DNA of 64,000 bases. It comes from Candidatus Bathyarchaeia archaeon (GTDB lineage Archaea > Thermoproteota > Bathyarchaeia > Bathyarchaeales > Bathycorpusculaceae). Shown here piece by piece: positions 52,281 to 63,200 of this stretch. The DNA is taken from assembly GCA_050010755.1 (NCBI GenBank), contig JBEKKK010000005.1:2276-66275 (forward strand). Reading direction: 5' to 3'. How positions within the stretch are numbered: the first letter of the stretch is position 1; each line of letters starts with the position of its first letter. The notes beneath the pieces are model-generated. The model did not search any database and was not told where the DNA came from. It worked only from the letters and a program-made list of their open reading frames with translations. Both the position numbers and the translations under genes were made by a program.

Positions 52281-53324
52281 ATGAGAAAATCCAAAGTTGC
52301 CGCTGCAGCCTTTTTTGTGGCACTTCTGGTCAACATGTTTTCGTTTCCGGTGACTGTTCACGCGTCGACATATTCAGTGAACGCCGTTTGGATACAGGAC
52401 GCGAGTTGGGTTGAGATGAACCCGAATATTCTGAGCGCGAATCTTACAAAAGTTGTGGATGATTTGAGCCAGGCAAGTATGAAATTTGCTTTCGTCTTTG
52501 GTGGATACTGGAACGCTGATACCAGCAGTATCGTGTACAATGAGAACGATTCTGTTTTTACGACGGTGATCAATGCTCTGCACGCTGTCAACATAAAAGT
52601 TTTGGCCTGGGTGGAAAGTGATGGGGCGATGAACCTCTCAGTTGCCAACAGACAGAATCTTTTTGATCAAATAACTACATGCATGAACAAAGGATTTGAC
52701 GGATACAACGACGATATCGAAGATTGGAACGGAACCATGCAAAATTACATTGACTACGAGAATAACTGCACGACAGTTTTGCATGGATTGGGCAAACTGA
52801 TGACGGCGGACGTGGCTTTGGATTGGCAGCAGGACACTAATCAGTATCTTCACATGGATTACATAGTCTCAATGTTTTATTCTGACGTTTCAACCCTGGA
52901 AAGTTCGCAGGCGGCAGTTTCTTGGCAGGAGGATTTTGGCGAGTATCAAGGGCATAATACTCCACCGGCTTCGCCCATGATTATGGGAATAATGAACTAT
53001 TACGGTAACCAATACCCCTTAGCATGGCAACTGGAGCAAGTAGACAGGTATCTTACGGACTATGAACATCCACAATTGGTAGGCTTTTGTCTTTGGCTGT
53101 ACGAATACATGGGAACAAATACAGACGATTGGAACCAATGGAACAACTGGATAGTAGTAACCGAAACTCCAGAATTTCAACCATTCATGTTCATTCCACT
53201 ACTCATGGCCGCAACCCTTCTAGCAGTCATAGTCCGCAAAAAGACGCGCCTTGATCTGCAGAAAAGAAAGATAGAATTTACGCTAACCCAAACCTTTACT
53301 GCGCGCGCTTTGGAAAGTGCATGA
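52281..53324 (+). CDS. Secreted TIM-barrel glycosidase-like protein with a PEF-CTERM-type anchor
   Basis: The signal peptide is MRKSKVAAAAFFVALLVNMFSFPVTVHA. GFDGYNDDIEDW is reminiscent of, but not identical to, the GH18 DxxDxDxE motif. The C-terminal region is TPEFQPFMFIPLLMAATLLAVIVRKKTR plus a 26-aa tail. The coding call is strong; the enzymatic assignment is weak. Confidence 0.75.
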   Translation: MRKSKVAAAAFFVALLVNMFSFPVTVHASTYSVNAVWIQDASWVEMNPNILSANLTKVVDDLSQASMKFAFVFGGYWNADTSSIVYNENDSVFTTVINALHAVNIKVLAWVESDGAMNLSVANRQNLFDQITTCMNKGFDGYNDDIEDWNGTMQNYIDYENNCTTVLHGLGKLMTADVALDWQQDTNQYLHMDYIVSMFYSDVSTLESSQAAVSWQEDFGEYQGHNTPPASPMIMGIMNYYGNQYPLAWQLEQVDRYLTDYEHPQLVGFCLWLYEYMGTNTDDWNQWNNWIVVTETPEFQPFMFIPLLMAATLLAVIVRKKTRLDLQKRKIEFTLTQTFTARALESA

Positions 53325-53421
53325 ACGAGCTTCGATTTATGCAATAGGCAAAAAAAGAAACGACAAATATATCATGCGAAATCCTTTCATACGCCCTGTC
53401 GATAACTAGAGTTGATAAGAG

Positions 53422-56400
53422 ATGAGTTCACGCGCCAACACAATTGCGCAACTTGAGAAAGCAAAAGAACACGAGAGAACGTACGAATGGTTTGAAGCAG
53501 CCAGATGCTACGAGCAATTATTGCTTTCCAGCCCTGAGAACACCTCATTCATCGGCGACACATGGGAGAAAATCGGCTTCTGCTATACCTGCGCGTCGAG
53601 ACAAGCTGAGAACACAGATGAATTTGTGAAACTGCGACAATCAGCAGTGGAAGCCTACAAGCATTCAGCTAAGGCTCTGGAAAACACGGAGACACCTGAA
53701 GATCAAGGAAAGAAAGCTCAACGCGAAGCTGTTGCCGACTTTGTCGGTTCGTGGCTGGCATCTACCCCTGCGGAAAAGAAAGCAACGCTCGATGAATGTC
53801 TGAAGCTTGGAAAAGAAAGCTTGGAAAATTACAAAATGGCCGCAGATGAAGCGAGCTATGGAAAAATGTGCAATGACCTGTTGCTTTGTTTTTTCGAGAG
53901 ACTGTACATTGCATCTGATTGGAGAGAATTGAAAAACCTAACTCAAGAGGCGGTCAATAGCGGTCTCGACGCGATAAGTGCTTTGTCGAAGCTTGCGGAT
54001 AAGGGAGAGTTGCTCTGCGCCTATTCCACGACTAGTCTTTTGAACTGGTATGCGGCGAATTTCACCGAACAAGAAGAGAGAGCCCGCAAAGAACTTGTGC
54101 AGAGAAGTCTTGATTATTCAGAGAAAGCGCTTGAACTGTCGAAGCAAGTAGACAATCCTTGCCTCGTGGCGATGGCAAATTGGGCAGCAACCTACTCCAC
54201 TCTTGTCTTCACAGAAAAGGTTGAAGACTCGCTTAGATATGCCGAGGAGATGTTGAAGCAGGGAACCTCGATAAGAGACAATTATTTGAAAGGAGTAGCA
54301 TACTATCTCCTTGAATTTGTGACTGATTGGAAGACGGTGAGGGAAGGGGACCCTGACAAGAAAAAGGAAGGACACAGAAAGATCATCGAATTTTCGGAAC
54401 ATGGAATCCGCTGTCTTCAATTGGTTTCCCAAGATTTTTACCTTGCACAAACCTACTTGTTCTATGCTGAAAGCTATTCAGCTTCAGGATCAGACGTTGA
54501 CCTCAGCTCAGAAGAGAGAAGACAAATTCTTAGAAAAGCAATAGAAGCTGGTCGCAAAGGATTAGAACACGCGAAAAACTCAGGTTCTCCTGATGCTCTG
54601 GGCTCCGCGCTTCACGGTTTGAGCAAAGCTCTAAACTTCTACTCTAATCTTGAAGTCGACAAAGATGAAAAGAAAAAGTTGCTCGAGGAAGCTCTGGTTT
54701 ACAGGTACGACATCGATAAGCTCGTGGAAAAAGCATATCCATCGAACGATTGGCTCACTGGAGTCAACAAGAATTACGAGGGGCTCATAAAGCGGGATAT
54801 GATCAAAGTAGAAACCGATAACGAGAAGAGGGAAGTTTTGCTCAAAAGCGCTGCATTAGACCTAGAGGACAGTGTAGCTCATTGCAAGAGATGGATATTT
54901 TCTCGTCCAGTGCCAACAAACATAGCCACCGTGGCAGCCTACGAAGATTCCCTTGGAGAAATCCTAAATGAGCTTTTCATATTGACTAAAGACGGAAAAT
55001 TCCTGCAAAAAGCAATTGAGGCATACGATGGCGCCGCTAAGCTATACAAAAAGGTTACTCTGCCAAGCCGCGCCGCGGAATCTTACTGGAAAATGGCGAT
55101 TAATCAAGACAGTCTAGGTCAACAGATCAAAGCGGCAGAACACTTTGCGCAAGCGTTTGCCGAGTATAAAGAGGCATCTCAAAGTATTCCACACTTCGCA
55201 GACTTCTGCTTGGACTACGCCGCCTATATGAATGCTTGGAGCGAGATTGAAAGAGCCAAATCTGATCACGATCATGAGAACTATGCTGATGCCTCAAGGC
55301 GCTACGAAAAAGTGGCAACTGTTTTGGAGCCCTCCAAGCGATGGGGTTATCTTTCATCAAACTTCCAAGCTTGGTCATTGCTTGAAAAGGCCGAGGACTT
55401 GAGCAGAAAAGAGCATTACAAGGAATCGATAGAAGCCTTCAATAAGTCAGCAGAACTCTTCAAAGAAACCAGAGAAACTTTTGAACAAAAAATCAACAAG
55501 ATCGAGAATCCCGACGAAGAAGAAAAAGCAATAGAGCTATGCAAGGCATCTCTTCAAAGAAAAGACTATTGCATTGCAAGAACAAGTGTAGAGGAAGCAA
55601 GGATAGCTGACAGAAACGGAGATCATGCTGAAAGCGCCACGAAGTACGGGTCAGCTGCGACCGTGTTTGAAGGCATACTGGAGAAAGCACCTGATGAGAA
55701 AGAGATAAAGCAAATTGCTTTCATGTGCCGCGCTTGGCAAAAAATGAAGATGGCCGACAGCAGAATCTCGCCAGAACTCTACTGCGAAGCTTCCGAGCTT
55801 TTTCTAAAGGCGAAAGAGCAAAGCATGAAAGACAAGACTGCGCTTCTGGCCGCTGGCAACGGCGCTTTCTGCAAAGCATTGGAACATGGAACCATGTTCG
55901 AAGCAACGAGGGAAAGAAACGATCTCTCAAGAGCAAAACAGTACCTTGAAAACGCAGCAAACTGCTATTTGAAGGCTGGTCTTGACACTGCCTCCTCGTG
56001 GACGAGCGCGACGGAAATGCTGTTTGACGCCACTAACTATATGACCGAAGCGGAAACAGAGGCCAATCCGAACGAGAAATTGAAAGCATATTCGCTGGCA
56101 GAAAAGTGTTTAGAAAGGTCAGCTAATCTGTTCGAAAAAGCGGGTTATATGGGCAGAAGAGACGAAGTTCGGGGAAGTTTATCGCAGTTGAGGGAAAAAC
56201 GCGAATTTGCGCTAACGCTAGGAGAGTTGTTAACTGTTCCTATGGAGGCGTCCAGTACTCGTATGATGTCGTCTCCCGGCATGACAGTGGAAGAACCGAT
56301 CGGTATTGTTAAGTTTGAGCGGGCATATGTCCAAGCAAACCTCGTAGCTCACCAAAAAGAACTCATGATTGGAGAGGCCCTTGATTTGGAAATCCAGTTA

Positions 56401-56715
56401 GCCAACCTGGGCAAAGAAATAGCCTTCTTGATGGGCATTGACCAACTGATTCCTGAAGGGTTCGATTTGATTGCGAAGCCTGAAAAATGCATAATCAACG
56501 ATTCAGGACTCAACCTGCAAGGAAGAAAACTGGCGCCTCTCGAAACGGCGGAAATGAAACTGACACTGAAGCCCAAGAGAAAAGGAAAATTCACATTTGC
56601 CCCAAAAATCAAATATATGGATGAGACAGGCGAACACAAATCCTGCGAACTGCAACAAACACCTGTAACTGTGAAAGAGCTCGGAATTCGCGGCTGGCTG
56701 AAAGGTCAAACGTAG
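53422..56715 (+). CDS. Large (1097 aa) cytoplasmic alpha-helical repeat (TPR-like) protein with a C-terminal beta-sandwich-like domain
   Basis: Long uninterrupted ORF with no signal peptide. The helical repeats are rich in A/E/K/L/Y. The last ~130 aa switch to a beta-rich pattern (LDLEIQLANLGKEIAFL...AEMKLTLKPKRKGKFTFAPKIKYMDETGE). Confidence 0.8.
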   Translation: MSSRANTIAQLEKAKEHERTYEWFEAARCYEQLLLSSPENTSFIGDTWEKIGFCYTCASRQAENTDEFVKLRQSAVEAYKHSAKALENTETPEDQGKKAQREAVADFVGSWLASTPAEKKATLDECLKLGKESLENYKMAADEASYGKMCNDLLLCFFERLYIASDWRELKNLTQEAVNSGLDAISALSKLADKGELLCAYSTTSLLNWYAANFTEQEERARKELVQRSLDYSEKALELSKQVDNPCLVAMANWAATYSTLVFTEKVEDSLRYAEEMLKQGTSIRDNYLKGVAYYLLEFVTDWKTVREGDPDKKKEGHRKIIEFSEHGIRCLQLVSQDFYLAQTYLFYAESYSASGSDVDLSSEERRQILRKAIEAGRKGLEHAKNSGSPDALGSALHGLSKALNFYSNLEVDKDEKKKLLEEALVYRYDIDKLVEKAYPSNDWLTGVNKNYEGLIKRDMIKVETDNEKREVLLKSAALDLEDSVAHCKRWIFSRPVPTNIATVAAYEDSLGEILNELFILTKDGKFLQKAIEAYDGAAKLYKKVTLPSRAAESYWKMAINQDSLGQQIKAAEHFAQAFAEYKEASQSIPHFADFCLDYAAYMNAWSEIERAKSDHDHENYADASRRYEKVATVLEPSKRWGYLSSNFQAWSLLEKAEDLSRKEHYKESIEAFNKSAELFKETRETFEQKINKIENPDEEEKAIELCKASLQRKDYCIARTSVEEARIADRNGDHAESATKYGSAATVFEGILEKAPDEKEIKQIAFMCRAWQKMKMADSRISPELYCEASELFLKAKEQSMKDKTALLAAGNGAFCKALEHGTMFEATRERNDLSRAKQYLENAANCYLKAGLDTASSWTSATEMLFDATNYMTEAETEANPNEKLKAYSLAEKCLERSANLFEKAGYMGRRDEVRGSLSQLREKREFALTLGELLTVPMEASSTRMMSSPGMTVEEPIGIVKFERAYVQANLVAHQKELMIGEALDLEIQLANLGKEIAFLMGIDQLIPEGFDLIAKPEKCIINDSGLNLQGRKLAPLETAEMKLTLKPKRKGKFTFAPKIKYMDETGEHKSCELQQTPVTVKELGIRGWLKGQT

Positions 56716-57029
56716 TTTAGACATGTTCATATTTGGAGTGGTAATATCTTTCTGTCGTTAGCGCCCGCTATTGGAAAATTCTGTAGAAGTTGTGAGTGAA
56801 GGTTGGGTTGAGAGATTCTTTCAGAAACATTGCAACCCACGGGTGTGAAAGACCAAAGCCTGTTCAGCCCCACGACTCCTCATATCTATGAGAGTTGGCC
56901 CTTTTTCTCCAAAGTTTACTGCTTTTCTAATCGTGTCGTTTGAATGGAACGCGCTCGAAGTTTTCGAAGGTAATACGGGAAGATTAGTTTCTGAAATCAT
57001 CAGCCACCAGCATGAAGTCATATCGGCGG

Positions 57030-57377
57030 CTATGAAACAGCGAAAAACAGCAGCGTGGCCAGTATGGCGCAGAAAAGTCCTATCAGGAATGCTGTGGCAG
57101 CAATCGTCCAGAATCTTTTCCGTGCGGGATAGATTGTGTAAAAGAATAGAAAGAAAGCTGACAAGAGAAACGTTAAGGCACCCGTCAAGAGAACATCTCT
57201 CGTATACCACGGGATATTAGTAGTAATCTGAAGCACTGCTAAGGCCAAACCCGCCAAAGTTCCCGGGTAAGAAGCATTTATGATTGGTTTGATGAACTTC
57301 TCCTCAAAATTGTCGGCCATGTTCATCTCACCTTTGACAAGCTTAGATAATCGGTTCAACACTAAATAAAGGTTCAA
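57030..57377 (-). CDS. Small three-TM membrane protein
   Basis: 115-aa ORF with three hydrophobic helices. Confidence 0.5.
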   Translation of the reverse strand: MNLYLVLNRLSKLVKGEMNMADNFEEKFIKPIINASYPGTLAGLALAVLQITTNIPWYTRDVLLTGALTFLLSAFFLFFYTIYPARKRFWTIAATAFLIGLFCAILATLLFFAVS

Positions 57378-57566
57378 TCAGCAACTCTTTAGCTTAGTTT
57401 GTTATCTAATGCAAAACGTGCTCGTTTTGATCTATCCTAGCGTGGTTAATTCTTGTAGAAAGAAGCAGAAGAACGTTATGAATACTGGTGTGAAACAATG
57501 TTGCCTACTGGAATCCGCTTGATTTATCGTTACGGTTTTTTCAGCGGCATGCTGCGCGTGCGCGCT

Positions 57567-58040
57567 CTATCTTTGCCGCTCGGATTCATCAACCATGAAT
57601 CTGGATTCAGCTCTTCTCTCTTCTGATTCCCTTTCAGCACTAGAAGAAGCCAAGATCTTTTCTGCTTCCTTCGCTTTCTCTATGGGAATCAGCTCATTCA
57701 GCTTGTCTGCCAGCTTCGTGGATTCATCTTTCTCAAGCGGGATGGTTATGTCTCTTCGGTGGGGAATGACAATTTTTACGTGCCCATCCTCATTCAACCA
57801 TACCGACTCGATGTTTTTGAGCTGAACATCGAGAGGAATCACGTTCTGGAAGAGGAGGCCCAGGCTTTCTCTCAGATGCGGGTTGCTTTCTAGAAAGTCT
57901 TCCATCTTTTTCCTCACACCTTCTTTAAGGTCGACCTCTAACAAGGTCTGGTGGAGTTTAACGATGAAGTGGGGCTTATCGAAAACCATGATCACGTCTT
58001 CGTTGTCCATTTCAGATTCGCCACACTGGTTTTTATGCAA
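57567..58040 (-). CDS. Hypothetical protein with an acidic/charged C-terminus
   Basis: 157-aa ORF. An alternative start at MDNEDVIMVF (58010) is plausible. Confidence 0.5.
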   Translation of the reverse strand: MHKNQCGESEMDNEDVIMVFDKPHFIVKLHQTLLEVDLKEGVRKKMEDFLESNPHLRESLGLLFQNVIPLDVQLKNIESVWLNEDGHVKIVIPHRRDITIPLEKDESTKLADKLNELIPIEKAKEAEKILASSSAERESEERRAESRFMVDESERQR

Positions 58041-58337
58041 AATTGGGAATTAAGGCTTGCGGTCTAATCATTTTTCATGATAATCGGTTTATATTTCATT
58101 CCTGTGCTGGATAGTTTGGACATTAAAGACTTTTTGAATGGTGCGGACCCAGTATTTCTGCCACCCGGAAATCGGCCCAAATCCTTGACCCCAGTACCGC
58201 GCGTTAAGAGATGAAGAGGTGATAATCACAACCATTATTCCTGCAACTCTCTAGAGCCGAGTGAGAATCTCAAAATGGAAAAAGCTAAATGCAAGCAACG
58301 GGTCAACACGTATTGACCTCTCACAGGGGAAAGGAAG

Positions 58338-59720
58338 ATGAAGAGAACGTTAGCAGTGATAATAGTGGGAATTTTGTGTTTATCGATTTTCTCCACACTG
58401 AATTTCGTCTCTGGCGACATTTCATCCATTACTTCTGCGGCAAGCTCTCTCACAACAACCTTGCCAAAGATGAGAGCGAACTTCTACGCCTCAGACCCGA
58501 CCTTTCCGTGGGTAGGCGTCGGTGTTAACCTTTTCACCAATGGTTCGGTCCAGTATGTTAGTTGCTCCGACTACGTATATGTTAGCCACGGATGGGAGGC
58601 CGAAAATTGGAGCAGTTATCCCTTGCCAGCCCAAAACGCGTTCCTGGACCCCGCACAAAACAACTTCACTCTGGAGACAAACGCCTCAGGTTTTGCAAAC
58701 CCGCCTCTGACTCAGTTCACGTACTATAACAGCACAGGAGACACGATGTCCAGCTTTTTCTGGTTGCAGTTCTACCCTGGCGACCTTGCTCCTGGAGCCT
58801 ACTCGTTCACTGGCACGTGGCAAGAGGACGCCGCTGCTGACTTCCCGAATTATACGGCGATTTACATTCAAAACACCATTACGCTTGTTGTAAGTTCTTC
58901 AAATTCTACAACCTCGATTTCTCTCTCACCCAACCTTGTCTCAGTTGATCAGACTGCGAACTGCAGTGTTACAGTTTCTGGGTTGAACGCAACTGGCACA
59001 ATCAATTGGACGGCGAGCAGCAGCACGGGCTACTTCAGCCAGCCAGTTTGCACATTATCTTCTGGAAGGTGCTCCACCGCCTACACAGACAACAACACGG
59101 GCTACGTGACCATCATAGCAAGCTACAGCGGAGACTCATACAACCTTCCCAGCAGCGGAAACACAACTTTAACAGTCTACGTTAACGTCACGACAGGAAC
59201 GAACGTTACTGTCACTCCTACAGACAGTCTGGAACTGACCTTCGCCAACATCACAGTCGCTGGCACCGTAGTTGCAAACGCAACTCCAACGGTTCAAGCA
59301 CCCAACCTGGTTACCGTCGGAGCATACTACAACATCAATGTGACAATCAGCTTTTCCGGCAACGTCACAGTGAGCCTAGCGTTTGACGGTTCAAATATGA
59401 CCGATGAGCAGAAGAGCAGCCTGACGATGATGCAGTACACTCCTATAGTGGGCGACGTCCAACCTCAGTTTGGCGTTGTGAATATGAAAGACGTGGCGTA
59501 CATTGCAAGACACTTCGGGACAAACCGCACGAGTCCCATTTGGGATCCCGTCTGCGACCTCAACGGCGACGGAAAAGTCGACATGAAAGACATCGCCTTG
59601 GTAGCCAGGCACTTCGGGTTCACCGCCAACTGGGTAAACATCACAACGTACGTTGACACCACAAACAACCTCATATACGGAACAACCAGCCACTTCTCGT
59701 TCATATCAATACACGGATAG
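58338..59720 (+). CDS. Secreted Ig-like-domain protein with a dockerin near the C-terminus
   Basis: The signal peptide is MKRTLAVIIVGILCLSIFSTLNFVSG. The middle region is Ig-like. The dockerin is GDVQPQFGVVNMKDVAYIARHFG...VCDLNGDGKVDMKDIALVARHFG, followed by a 30-aa tail. Confidence 0.8.
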   Translation: MKRTLAVIIVGILCLSIFSTLNFVSGDISSITSAASSLTTTLPKMRANFYASDPTFPWVGVGVNLFTNGSVQYVSCSDYVYVSHGWEAENWSSYPLPAQNAFLDPAQNNFTLETNASGFANPPLTQFTYYNSTGDTMSSFFWLQFYPGDLAPGAYSFTGTWQEDAAADFPNYTAIYIQNTITLVVSSSNSTTSISLSPNLVSVDQTANCSVTVSGLNATGTINWTASSSTGYFSQPVCTLSSGRCSTAYTDNNTGYVTIIASYSGDSYNLPSSGNTTLTVYVNVTTGTNVTVTPTDSLELTFANITVAGTVVANATPTVQAPNLVTVGAYYNINVTISFSGNVTVSLAFDGSNMTDEQKSSLTMMQYTPIVGDVQPQFGVVNMKDVAYIARHFGTNRTSPIWDPVCDLNGDGKVDMKDIALVARHFGFTANWVNITTYVDTTNNLIYGTTSHFSFISIHG

Positions 59721-59772
59721 GAATACACTAGAAAATTTGCGAGAAAACCACTACATCACGCCACGCTCACGC

Positions 59773-59850
59773 AACTTGAACCACGACGCAGACATCAAGG
59801 GCGAGGGCACAGTCAACATACGCGAGCCGCAAATTCCACGTAGTAACTTG
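59773..59850 (+). pseudogene. Decayed dockerin repeat remnant
   Basis: The translation NLNHDADIKGEGTVNIREPQIP parallels [22 protein letters not shown] of the intact dockerins. It is not attached to a credible gene. Confidence 0.45.
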
Positions 59851-60271
59851 GTTTTGCCGATGCTGGCGCTCTAGTTGTCTTGGCGACGTGTTGAATTCAT
59901 AACGCTGAAAGCACTGAAGCAGAAGCTCAGACAAGAACTTACAGAACAACTTGTCCCAACGCCTAAAACGGCATATTTACAACATGGAATGGTAGCCCGG
60001 GATAGCTTCAAACTCTCGGTTCAAACTTTTTCTGCATACTATCAGTTTGCGAGCAAAAACCAGTCTAATTGCGATTGAAACGACTATGTTTTACTCGCAT
60101 TTTCGGTATGTGGGCGAGAGTTCAAGAATTTTAACCGGCATGTTATGTCCCAAATATGTATCCAAGGGAATTTGACGTCAATACTGGGAAGAGGCTAATT
60201 CTAGGCGACCAATGATCTTGGCTTTATGAATAGGAGAAGAAAGAGAGAGTTGTTTTGGTTTGATGCGCGTT

Positions 60272-63200
60272 CTATGTTATGGTGTAGTAGTAGCCGTCCG
60301 TGAATAAGATGAAGCTTCTTGCAGTGCCTTGCGCCTGATTGGGTAGGATGAACCAGATAGTTATGGTTTGGCCGTTGACTAGTTGCACGCATTGTTCGTC
60401 GTCGTATAATAGTTTCTGAGTCACGTCTCCCAACGCCGAGTGGATGGCGAGCGCCGGCGGTGCTGAAGTGACTTGCGGTGGAGTCTGAGCTGACGTGTCT
60501 AGTCCAACGAAGTCCAGGTTGTGCGTTTGCGTCCAATAGAGCCTCACGATGAAGTCGCCTGTTTGGGGTAGATAGGCGGTCATGTTGACGGCTTCGATGC
60601 TCCAGTAGTCTCGCGGGTTCAGCACGGTTACGTTTTGCCATCCGCCGCTCCCGTCTGGAACCTGAACGTATATGCACTCAGCGCACTTCCTGTCGTCCCT
60701 AAGAACGAGGTTGGCCGTTGGGCCAGTGATGCTGCCGAAGTCCAGTACCAGCCAATCTCCTTTGTTGCCCACGTAGTATGTGGATGGGTCGGAGAGGTTT
60801 CCGTTCGTGGTGCTTATCTGGCTGAGTTCACTGTTGCCGTTGTTGTCCGCGGCGGATATAGGCGTGAGCAAGTTCTGGTATGCGAAGATTTCGCCGGTTT
60901 GCGTCACGGCTATGCTCGTGCCTTGGGAGTAGTCTAAGGCCATTAGCTTCACTTGATCGATGTAGTCGATGTTGCTTTCATACTCTCCGATCTGCAAAGA
61001 GTAGACAGTGTTTTTCTTTGTGCTGAACACTGGAACGAGGGGTTGCTGAAGCAGGTAGTAGTCCTTGGTGTCGGTGCCATTGCCATTTTGGGACGCAGGC
61101 AGAATGTTGTTATCCTTCACATAGGCCGAGCCGTTCCAGTCGTAAACGTATGGACATCCACCTCCTCCGCCGCCGCCCGAAGAGTTGGTCATAATAACGT
61201 TAACGCTTTGGCTGCTCCAAGCACCGTACGGGTCATACACGTAAGCCGTGACATTGTACGTTCCAGCGTTTGTCCAAGTGTGGTAGCCAGTTTCAGCCGC
61301 GCCCGAGTAATTCCAGTCTAATGTCGTGTTTTGAGAGCCGTCACCCCATTTGAGCACGTATTGAACGTTGTCTTGGTCAGGATCCGTGGCCTCAACGATA
61401 AAACTATACTGTGTACCGTTGTTTCCATCACCTGGATATGTTAAGGAAGGCGCGTACGGAGAATGGTTGGTGCTCACGATGTTGACGGGTCCTGTCCACG
61501 GTATTGAGGAGTTTGTGTTGCCGGCCGTGAGGGTTATACTCAGGGTACCGGTTCCAGAATACACCAAGAGCTGGCTTTTCAGGTCAATGTTGTTTTCTGT
61601 GTGGGAACTGTTTTTACTAAGGGAACTGTATCGGATGGTATCATTTTTCCAGGCCACTGACCCACTAGGATTGAGCACTTCAACGGTCAGATTAACATTG
61701 GATGTCTGAGTGCCGTACCATGTAAAGTTCACGTTCGCAAAGTAATCATTCGGCGCATACTCATCCAGGGTTGTCAAGTTCTGTGTTGCATTACTATAGT
61801 AAAGGCTGCATCCTGTTATAGTTGCGTTAAGTACGTTTACGGTTAATGGTGGAGACCAACAGCTGGTATTCTGGCTGTCCTGTCCTTGCACAGTGATACT
61901 GTACGTCCCCGGCGACCATGCATGGCTACTCGTAACATTCGTTCCTGAGGCGTAAGATCCTGTGGTGCTGTTTGTGCCGTCTCCCCAGTTGAACGTGTAT
62001 GAAACGTTCTGGCCCTGAGGATCGACTGTGCCTGAAGTGTAGGAGTAAGTCGTGTTCGGGCTATTAGTCTGACTACCAACCGGAGTGAAGGGGGTCGAGG
62101 GCGGATGGTAAGCGTTAAACCAGTTTATGACAGCCACTGAAGCGTTGTCGGTGCAGGGGGAATCTCGAGCCGTGTTATTGGGCTCGAAGAAGGACCCATG
62201 TCCGCCTGTCCAGTTAACCCAATTCTTGTCGACAATTTCGTTATCATTATATTCCTGCATCTGTACGTAAAATGGAGGATTCTCATCCAGTCTATCATTA
62301 ACGTCCTCTGGGAAAAACGTGGCCACCTTAGCTTGGGACGCTGTGTATGCTGAATGCCACATCTGACCTGAAAAGTAGGTCCAATTGACTGGCCCGCAAT
62401 TCATCACTGCGGCAGATAGTCTGGAGGCATAGTCTTTTTGAATCTCGTTTCCTACCACAACTGCTCCTCCCGAAAAACCGAAGAGATAAACTTGAGCGTA
62501 GGTTTGATTGCTTTTAAGATACATCGTGAGATCTTGAACCCATGTTGAGTCATTCTCATAATAAGAAAAATAAGAATCGTCTGAGGAATTCGATGGTGTA
62601 TACACAGAAAAACCGTTTTCGATTAAAGCCTTAAGCAACATAACCTTACCAAAGTCTTTCTCTCCAAGCATTTCGATCGAATTGATGTAAAGATCATAGT
62701 CACCAGCATACCACGCGCCAAAAAGAACAATTGCTGCTTTCGAGGTGCTTGCACTGCGATAGTACCACGTCTCTCCGTTAATAGTCAAGGTGTCAACGCA
62801 GTAACTTACTTCGAGTTCAGGCCCGCAGGTTGAGTTGTCACCGTAAAATGAGACGACCTCGTCTCCTAGGGGCTGAATTCCTTCTCTGCTTGAGTTCAAC
62901 TCAAACTCTGTGATCGCGTGCATAGTGTTGCTTACGTTCACATAGTTTGAATTGGTGATTTGATTAGAAGGAATCGAAAGATTTACGTAGGCACCGCTCT
63001 GGTAGTTCGCAGTGTTCCAGGAGGCTACTTGAACCATTCCGGAGCCCCAACTATCACTCGTCAGATTGTTATTGTAAATGGGCTGAGTCCCGTCCATTAT
63101 CGTTTGGTTGCCGTCGTATATTGGCTGATTGCCACCCCAGACTTGCACCGTGAAGTTAACCGGTGAACTCATGTAGTACGGATCCAGCAGCAGATTTGCG

